This document shows positions 58,333 to 64,000 of a DNA stretch of 64,000 nucleotides, piece after piece; the stretch's first letter is position 1, and every line of letters begins with the position of its first letter. The notes below the pieces were generated by a model. It was not told the DNA's origin and ran no database searches. It saw nothing but the letters and a program-made list of their open reading frames with translations. Source of the DNA: a virus; the IMG/VR virus record IMGVR_UViG_3300023178_003744, positions 13,224 to 77,223 of that record, one strand, 5' to 3'. Made by a program: the position numbers and the translations under genes.

Positions 58333-59343
58333 TTGTTTAAAAAAGCAGCAATCTTCACAGATATTCACCTTGGCTTAAAAAGCAACAGTAAAATACATAA
58401 TACCGACTGCGAAGAATTTGTAGATTGGTTTATCGAACAAGCAAAAGAAAATAATTGCGAAACTGCAATATTTTGTGGCGACTGGCATCATAATCGTAGC
58501 AGCGTTAATATCGGTACACTCGATTATACTGTACGTTGTTTAGAAAAATTAGGCAAAAGTTTTGAAAATTTCTACATGTTTGTAGGTAATCACGACTTAT
58601 ATTACAAAGATAGACGTGATGTGAGTTCAACTAACTTTGCTAGGCATATTCCAGGCGTTACAGTTATTGATGAATTTACTGAAATCGAAGATGTTGCGTT
58701 TGTGCCTTGGCTAGTTGACAACGAATGGAAGAAAATAGAACAATCAAAGTCTAAATATATGTTTGGTCACTTTGAATTGCCAACATTTTTAATGAACGCT
58801 CATGTTCAAATGCCAGAACACGGTGATCTAAGAGCATCTCATTTTGTTAATCAGAAGTATGTGTTCTCAGGGCACTTTCACAAGCGTCAAATAAAAGGTA
58901 ATATCCATTATATTGGCAATGCTTTTCCTCATAATTACTCAGATGCATGGGACGACGAACGTGGCATGGTAATTTTAGATCGAGAAAACGACAAGGAACC
59001 CGAATATATCAATTGGTCTAACTGTCCTAAGTACCGTACAGTAAAACTTTCTGAGCTGCTTGACCCCGAAAGCAATATTATCAAAGACAAAATGTATCTT
59101 AGAGTTTCTATTGACATTGATATTAGCTACGAAGAAGCTAGTTTCATTAAGGAAACTTACGTTAAGCAGCATAATTGCAGAGAAATTACACTTATTCCAC
59201 AAAAACAGATTGATGAAATTACTACTAATCTAGATATTAGCAAATTTGAAAGCGTAGATGAAATTGTTTCTAAAGAAATTGTAGCAATTGATTCAGAATC
59301 GTTCGATCAAAAATTATTACTAGACATTTATAGAAATCTATAG
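58333..59343 (+). CDS. gp47: Recombination endonuclease subunit, gp47 (Mre11/SbcD-like)
   Basis: DIHLG, GDWHH, GNHD, GHFE and SGHFH metallophosphoesterase motifs; TTG start with GAGG SD. Confidence 0.95.
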   Translation: MFKKAAIFTDIHLGLKSNSKIHNTDCEEFVDWFIEQAKENNCETAIFCGDWHHNRSSVNIGTLDYTVRCLEKLGKSFENFYMFVGNHDLYYKDRRDVSSTNFARHIPGVTVIDEFTEIEDVAFVPWLVDNEWKKIEQSKSKYMFGHFELPTFLMNAHVQMPEHGDLRASHFVNQKYVFSGHFHKRQIKGNIHYIGNAFPHNYSDAWDDERGMVILDRENDKEPEYINWSNCPKYRTVKLSELLDPESNIIKDKMYLRVSIDIDISYEEASFIKETYVKQHNCREITLIPQKQIDEITTNLDISKFESVDEIVSKEIVAIDSESFDQKLLLDIYRNL

Positions 59344-59367
59344 TATATTATACTAAAAATAACCTAT

Positions 59368-61143
59368 ATGACAATTCTAATTAAAGATTTAACAGTTAAA
59401 AACTTTATGAGCGTTGGTAATCAAACTCAAGCAGTTCGATTTGATCAAGAACAGCTCACTCTAGTGCTTGGTGAAAACTTAGATCAAGGAGGTGATGACT
59501 CAGGCTCACGAAACGGGACGGGCAAAACTACAATTATTAATGCATTGTCTTACGCTCTCTACGGCCAAGCACTAACTAATATCAAAAGAAACAACCTTAT
59601 TAACAAAACGAACTCAAAACACATGTTAGTAACGTTGAATTTTGAAAAAAACAATGTTCAATACCGTATCGAACGTGGTAGATCGCCTACATTTACTAAG
59701 TTTTATGTGAATAATGAAGAACAAGAGCTTACAGACGAGTCACAAGGCGACTCTCGAAAGACTCAAGAGTCAATTAATGAGCTATTAGGTATGAGTCACG
59801 ATATGTTTAAGCATATTGTAGCACTTAATACCTATTCAGAGCCATTTTTAGCAATGCGTACTAACGATCAGCGTGCAATTATTGAACAATTGCTTGGTAT
59901 TACCATACTTTCTGAAAAAGCTGAGGCTCTAAAAGAGAAAATTAGAGAAACAAAGACTACTATTGACTCTGAAACTAACAAAATTACAGCAATTCAGTCA
60001 GCAAATGAGAAAATTGAAGAAACAATTGCCAGCCTTGGTGGTACTCAACGTGCTTGGCAAGCAAAAAGAAAGCAAGATATTGAAAAATTAGAAGCTGCTA
60101 TCAATGAATTGGGCAAACTAGACATTGATTCTGAGATCGAAAACCACGAAAAGCTACAAAATTGGCAAACAACCAATACTGAACTTGAAAATTTGCAAAA
60201 AGAACGGATAGCTTTAGAGTCTGCACAGCAAAGAGCACAAAAAACTGTAGACAAAATAGAAAAAGATATTCAAGATCTTGAAGATGCAGTGTGTTATGCA
60301 TGTGATCAACCACTGCACGACGACAAAAAACAAGAAATTCTTGCAAAAAAGACCAAAGAATTAGACGAATCTGCAAAATATTTGCAAGAAATTGCCGAAA
60401 CGCTTGATAAAACACAGAAAAGCATTGCTGATATTGGTGATTTAGAAAGCAAACCCACAGTTTTTTATGAATCTATGAAAGAAGCATACGAACATAGACA
60501 AAACATAGACAGTCTTTCACAAAGTCTTGAAGCAAAACAGAACGAAACTGATCCTTATGAAGCACAAATTAAAGAACTTACCAATACTGCACTTCAAGAA
60601 ATTGATTGGTCAACTGTAAATCGTCTTACTGATTACCAAGATCATCAAGAATTCTTGCTAAAATTGCTTACAAATAAAGATAGTTTCATTCGAAAGAAGA
60701 TTATTGATCAAAATTTGAGCTATTTAAACAACAGGCTTACTTCATATCTTTCAAAACTTGGTCTTCCGCATCAAGTTGAGTTTCAAAATGATCTAAATGT
60801 AGAAATTACGCAACTAGGACAAGATCTAGACTTTGATAACTTAAGTCGAGGCGAACGTAATAGACTTATACTTGGATTAAGTTTTGCATTTAGAGACGTA
60901 TGGGAAAATCTATATCAAAATATCAATTTGTTGTTTATCGATGAGCTGATAGACAGCGGTATGGACTCAGCTGGTGTTGAAAATGCACTAGGTGTAATCA
61001 AACACATGGGCAGAGAAGGTAGAAAAAATGTTTTCCTTATCTCGCACAAAGATGAATTAGTAGGAAGAGTAAATCATGTGCTCAAAGTAATAAAAGAATC
61101 AGGTTTTACTTCTTACTCAACAGACTTGGATGTTGTAGAATGA
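59368..61143 (+). CDS. gp46: Recombination endonuclease ATPase subunit, gp46 (Rad50/SbcC-like)
   Basis: KNFMS.GN, Walker A NGTGKT, coiled coil with CYAC zinc hook, LSRGE signature, LLFIDE Walker B, ISHK. Confidence 0.95.
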   Translation: MTILIKDLTVKNFMSVGNQTQAVRFDQEQLTLVLGENLDQGGDDSGSRNGTGKTTIINALSYALYGQALTNIKRNNLINKTNSKHMLVTLNFEKNNVQYRIERGRSPTFTKFYVNNEEQELTDESQGDSRKTQESINELLGMSHDMFKHIVALNTYSEPFLAMRTNDQRAIIEQLLGITILSEKAEALKEKIRETKTTIDSETNKITAIQSANEKIEETIASLGGTQRAWQAKRKQDIEKLEAAINELGKLDIDSEIENHEKLQNWQTTNTELENLQKERIALESAQQRAQKTVDKIEKDIQDLEDAVCYACDQPLHDDKKQEILAKKTKELDESAKYLQEIAETLDKTQKSIADIGDLESKPTVFYESMKEAYEHRQNIDSLSQSLEAKQNETDPYEAQIKELTNTALQEIDWSTVNRLTDYQDHQEFLLKLLTNKDSFIRKKIIDQNLSYLNNRLTSYLSKLGLPHQVEFQNDLNVEITQLGQDLDFDNLSRGERNRLILGLSFAFRDVWENLYQNINLLFIDELIDSGMDSAGVENALGVIKHMGREGRKNVFLISHKDELVGRVNHVLKVIKESGFTSYSTDLDVVE

Positions 61144-61370
61144 CCGAAGAATCAAATAACAAAGAAGAAACAACTCATGAAAAGTTAGTAAAAGAGTATC
61201 TAAGGTACTACGACGCTAATATAAAATTTCAAAGCAGGCACAGTTTTAGAACACACAGATCAAGTAGAAGACACTTAAGAAATATTATCAAATTGGCTAG
61301 AGACAGGCAAAAAGAAATACACGAAGAATACGCAAAAAATAAAAAAACCAGAAAGAAAGGCACTGACTAA
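61140..61370 (+). CDS. Small basic hypothetical protein
   Basis: 76-aa ORF with ATGA overlap to gp46. Confidence 0.65.
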   Translation: MTEESNNKEETTHEKLVKEYLRYYDANIKFQSRHSFRTHRSSRRHLRNIIKLARDRQKEIHEEYAKNKKTRKKGTD

Positions 61371-61390
61371 GGCATGAATATAAACATTAT

Positions 61391-61831
61391 ATGGAATGGA
61401 CCTATAAAGGCAATGTAATCGATAGTTTACCTGATAACTGTGAAGGTTTTGTATATGTTATTACAAATACAACCAATGGTAAGCAATATATAGGCAAGAA
61501 ATACGCAAAATCTACAAAAACTCGACCACCTCTTAAAGGAAAGAAAAACAAAAGGCGTACAAAAGTAGAAAGTGATTGGAGAGACTACTGGCGTTCTTCA
61601 GATCATTTAACAAAAGATATAGAAAATTTAGGCAAAGAAAAATTCACAAGAGAAATACTTTATATTTGTCCCAGTAGAGGCATTGCAAGTTATTTAGAAG
61701 CACGAGAACAATTTGAAAGGCGAGTTTTAGAATCTGACAATTACTATAACGGAATAATAAACGTTCGTATAGGCAGTTCTAAAATATTAAAGGAGTACCT
61801 AGGCAATGAAACAGGTAAAACAAAACTTTAG
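61391..61831 (+). CDS. GIY-YIG endonuclease (Seg-like, catalytic domain only)
   Basis: GFVYVITNTTNGKQYIGKK ... F.REIL......LEAREQ......YYN. Confidence 0.85.
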   Translation: MEWTYKGNVIDSLPDNCEGFVYVITNTTNGKQYIGKKYAKSTKTRPPLKGKKNKRRTKVESDWRDYWRSSDHLTKDIENLGKEKFTREILYICPSRGIASYLEAREQFERRVLESDNYYNGIINVRIGSSKILKEYLGNETGKTKL

Positions 61832-61849
61832 GCAATTATACAGCACACA

Positions 61850-62200
61850 AGGTTAGCGGGCCGGATACATACCGCTGTGGAAAAGTTGGGGAGTAGACCC
61901 AAACACGTAACATGTTGAGCCAACGCCCAGAGGCGGTAAGTTGACATAGATTGCTGCTGTCAGTCACAAAACACACTATGTTCATAAAAACTGTACAAGT
62001 AGGAACGAGAGTGCAGATAACGTAACAGTGTTACGTGATGTCGACGTAGGTAGGGAAAGGTCAGAGCCCATTGAACGTGTGTATAAACAAATACCTATTT
62101 CCATGTCACGGGTGGTGATACTCACAGGAAAACCGAAAGGCTTTTTTTATGACGGGACCGTAACAGGTTCCGTCTGAGCAGATTAATCTACAGGAATCTT
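61850..62200 (+). ncRNA. Candidate large structured non-coding RNA (family not recognised)
   Basis: ORF-free and GC-richer than its flanks; many stems with G-U pairs on the plus strand, a GAAA tetraloop, a long-range helix 61876-83/62098-105 and a possible pseudoknot 61903-08/62075-80. Confidence 0.6.
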
Positions 62201-62218
62201 TCTTCCCGAGTACCTAAA

Positions 62219-62340
62219 AAAATCTAAAAAAGACTATCAGATAAAATCTAAAAGCGTATTAGTACGAAGTAAGTTGTTGAGTTTGATTTGCGATAGCGAT
62301 AGCTGAGCAAACAAACGAAGACATGGATCAACGCAGTTGA
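62219..62340. repeat. Short direct repeats and GNA-loop hairpins (possible origin/ssDNA signal)
   Basis: AAAATCTAAAA at 62219 and 62243; TAC-GAA-GTA 62263-71; hairpin 62281-62316 with GCGATAGCGATAGC; TCAAC-GCA-GTTGA 62328-40. Confidence 0.45.
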
Positions 62341-62342
62341 GA

Positions 62343-62350
62343 CATAAATA
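62343..62350 (+). promoter_or_regulatory. Late promoter CATAAATA
   Basis: Upstream of an AAGGA SD and ATG 62378. Confidence 0.6.
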
Positions 62351-62377
62351 ACATAAACATGATATTAAGGAATCCTC

Positions 62378-63835
62378 ATGAAAGCTGCTGACTTTATTTT
62401 ATTAGAACAATCAGAAGACTTATGGATTGACCAACAGGTCGGCGACATCTGTAAACAATATGGTATCGACTGTGATGCTCCTGATGCTTTTGAAAAGGCT
62501 AATAAAGCATTAGAAAAAGACTACAAAAAAAGAATTAAAGAAGTAAAAAAAGATTTAGCTAATCCAAAATATCGAATGATGAGAAGGGTTTTAGAAAATC
62601 AAATAGAAAACCTCCGAGACACATTGCGTAGAAAACAAGATTTTTTACATCGTAAATTTAAAGGTTTTTCAAGATATACAGGATCAAAGCCTAGTAGACT
62701 TTCAGGTCAAACTCCAAGAGGAGCTGAGACACAAACACCATCAAATACACAACAGCAACAGCCTACACAAAAACCAAAACCTAGCTCTAGTACCCAAAGA
62801 CCTAAACCTCAAGGCACTATAAGAGCTAAGAACTTCGATACAAGTGGTCTAGAAGCTTTTTTTGGTAGCAGTGGCCCAGGACGAAAAACACTAGTAGCAG
62901 TAGCAAATTTACCATTATTTAAATTTATCGGTGCGGCTGTAATTGGACAACAAATGGTCACTATACTATCAGATTACAATGCTTATTTGCTAGGTATTCA
63001 ACGTGTTAGAGATAACAACATACAGGGAGTTCCTTGCGAAATATCGGGATATGATGGTTACTTAGACGACTACATTGATATAGATCTTGAAAATGAAAAC
63101 CAGCAGTTTAAGATAGAAAAAAATACTTCCGGCGGCAAAGTTTTATCTAGATCGGATAGCTCGATCACAAAACGAATATCAGATGAACTTTTTGCAGCAA
63201 TACCAACTTTGCTTGCTGGTACTGCGGCATGGATAGGTTTGATAAGAGGTATAGGAACAGCAGTTGGTGCTGTATTTGCATCGTCTGGTGTTGGCATATT
63301 TGCTGGTGTAGCTGTATTGATACTTACAACAGGTGCAGCATGGCTAATTACAATGATGGTAAACAAATTTATAGATCGGTTTGAAACTCAAGGTAGATTT
63401 TTAACAAATCCTTTAGCATCATTGATGATGGAAAGATTTGTATCGGATGGGTATATTGATCAAGTTTGCGACACTGGTAAAATATCAATCGGAGGCGAAG
63501 GCGGTTTTGAAATTCCAGCAGTTGCTCCTAGTGCATCAGATATACCTGTTATAGGTGATATGCTACCCGACGGCGACAGAAAAAATCCATTTGAAATTAA
63601 TCTAGATGAAGCTAGACAAGCATATGATGATCGAGAAGATGATATGCCAGTAAGTGATAATTCAGAATTCAAAATGAATCGTCAAGATGCTATGCGCATT
63701 GAGAATATGTTTGAAGATATAATTACAGAAATGCTAGCTGAACTTCAAGGTCCACGTCGTGCAGAATTAGAAAGACTTATACAAAGGTCAGCAGCTATGC
63801 AAAATCAAAACCGAGATGATGAAAGAGTAGCATAG
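62378..63835 (+). CDS. Hypothetical late protein with Gly-rich hydrophobic helices (candidate internal/ejection protein)
   Basis: MKAADF..LE N-terminus, coiled coil, Q/P/T linker, about 55-aa hydrophobic segment. Confidence 0.6.
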   Translation: MKAADFILLEQSEDLWIDQQVGDICKQYGIDCDAPDAFEKANKALEKDYKKRIKEVKKDLANPKYRMMRRVLENQIENLRDTLRRKQDFLHRKFKGFSRYTGSKPSRLSGQTPRGAETQTPSNTQQQQPTQKPKPSSSTQRPKPQGTIRAKNFDTSGLEAFFGSSGPGRKTLVAVANLPLFKFIGAAVIGQQMVTILSDYNAYLLGIQRVRDNNIQGVPCEISGYDGYLDDYIDIDLENENQQFKIEKNTSGGKVLSRSDSSITKRISDELFAAIPTLLAGTAAWIGLIRGIGTAVGAVFASSGVGIFAGVAVLILTTGAAWLITMMVNKFIDRFETQGRFLTNPLASLMMERFVSDGYIDQVCDTGKISIGGEGGFEIPAVAPSASDIPVIGDMLPDGDRKNPFEINLDEARQAYDDREDDMPVSDNSEFKMNRQDAMRIENMFEDIITEMLAELQGPRRAELERLIQRSAAMQNQNRDDERVA

Positions 63836-63837
63836 CG

Positions 63838-64000
63838 ATGAGAGCTAACGAATTTGTAGCAAATAAAATTTATCAAGAATCAAAACTTTTTGAAGATGAA
63901 CTTTCTGACTTTTTTCAAATAGAAGAAATCCGAGTAGAAGGTGAAAAAAAGTTTAGGTTAAAATATGGCCCAGATGACACTGAAGGCGAATTATTTGATA
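63838..64000 (+). CDS. Hypothetical protein, N-terminal fragment (MRANEFVANKIYQESKLFED...)
   Basis: ATG 2 nt after the previous stop codon; frame open to the window end. Confidence 0.7.
   Translation, partial: MRANEFVANKIYQESKLFEDELSDFFQIEEIRVEGEKKFRLKYGPDDTEGELFD

Noticed and set aside
61585-61600. GIY-YIG motif reads YWRSS rather than the usual Y(W/Y)GSS
   Set aside because: Single-base difference that could be a variant or sequencing error; not enough to call inactivation
61806-61856. 16-aa ORF MKQVKQNFRQLYSTQG with an upstream AGGAG
   Set aside because: Overlaps the end of the GIY-YIG gene and the SD-like sequence lies in coding DNA; probably chance
62127-62149. GGAAAACC-GAAA-GGCTTTTTTT as a simple intrinsic terminator
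   Set aside because: The U-tract pairs with the upstream GGAAAA and the hairpin is nested in a larger junction, so it is treated as part of the RNA; a terminator role is not fully excluded
61832-62377. Assignment of the structured region to tRNA, tmRNA, RNase P, or a group I/II intron
   Set aside because: No cloverleaf or T-loop/CCA, no GAGGAAAGUCC (only a loose GTGGAAAAGTT), no P7 R/S pair or domain V, and the flanking genes are not interrupted
246-63672. Numerous 60-130 aa ORFs antisense to or nested within long genes (for example 246..608, 8632..8997, 50505..50888, 63070..63366)
   Set aside because: Shadow ORFs of well-supported genes, with no motifs or translation signals
1-64000. CRISPR array, tRNAs, IS elements, inteins, stop-codon reassignment
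   Set aside because: No spaced repeats, cloverleaves, transposase or intein motifs were seen; genes tile fully in the standard code

Overview
AT-rich (about 30% GC by eye), gene-dense segment of a large T4-like (myovirus/jumbo-type) phage genome in the standard genetic code. It has four blocks. (1) 1-25087: an enzyme super-cluster with 11 radical SAM proteins, 2 QueC-like PP-loop ATPases, 4 2OG-Fe(II) oxygenases (one partial), a nitroreductase, an FkbM methyltransferase, an SGNH-like hydrolase, a ParB/Srx-like protein, a GT-GT-methyltransferase fusion and two GT8-like glycosyltransferases. Several of these genes sit behind T4-type late TAAATA boxes. (2) 25126-57396, minus strand: tail fibre and baseplate module, including a 5046-aa protein and gp6-, gp25-, gp5- and gp53-like genes. 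(3) 57485-61831, plus strand: gp55-like late sigma factor, gp47/gp46 (Mre11/Rad50) and a GIY-YIG nuclease. (4) A 546-nt gap holding a highly structured candidate ncRNA and GNA-loop hairpins, followed by late genes with capsid-targeting-like N-termini. The two best candidates for an undescribed system are the late-expressed radical SAM/glycosyl modification cluster next to the tail genes, and the structured RNA directly after the GIY-YIG gene. All calls come from motif reading only; no database search was run.
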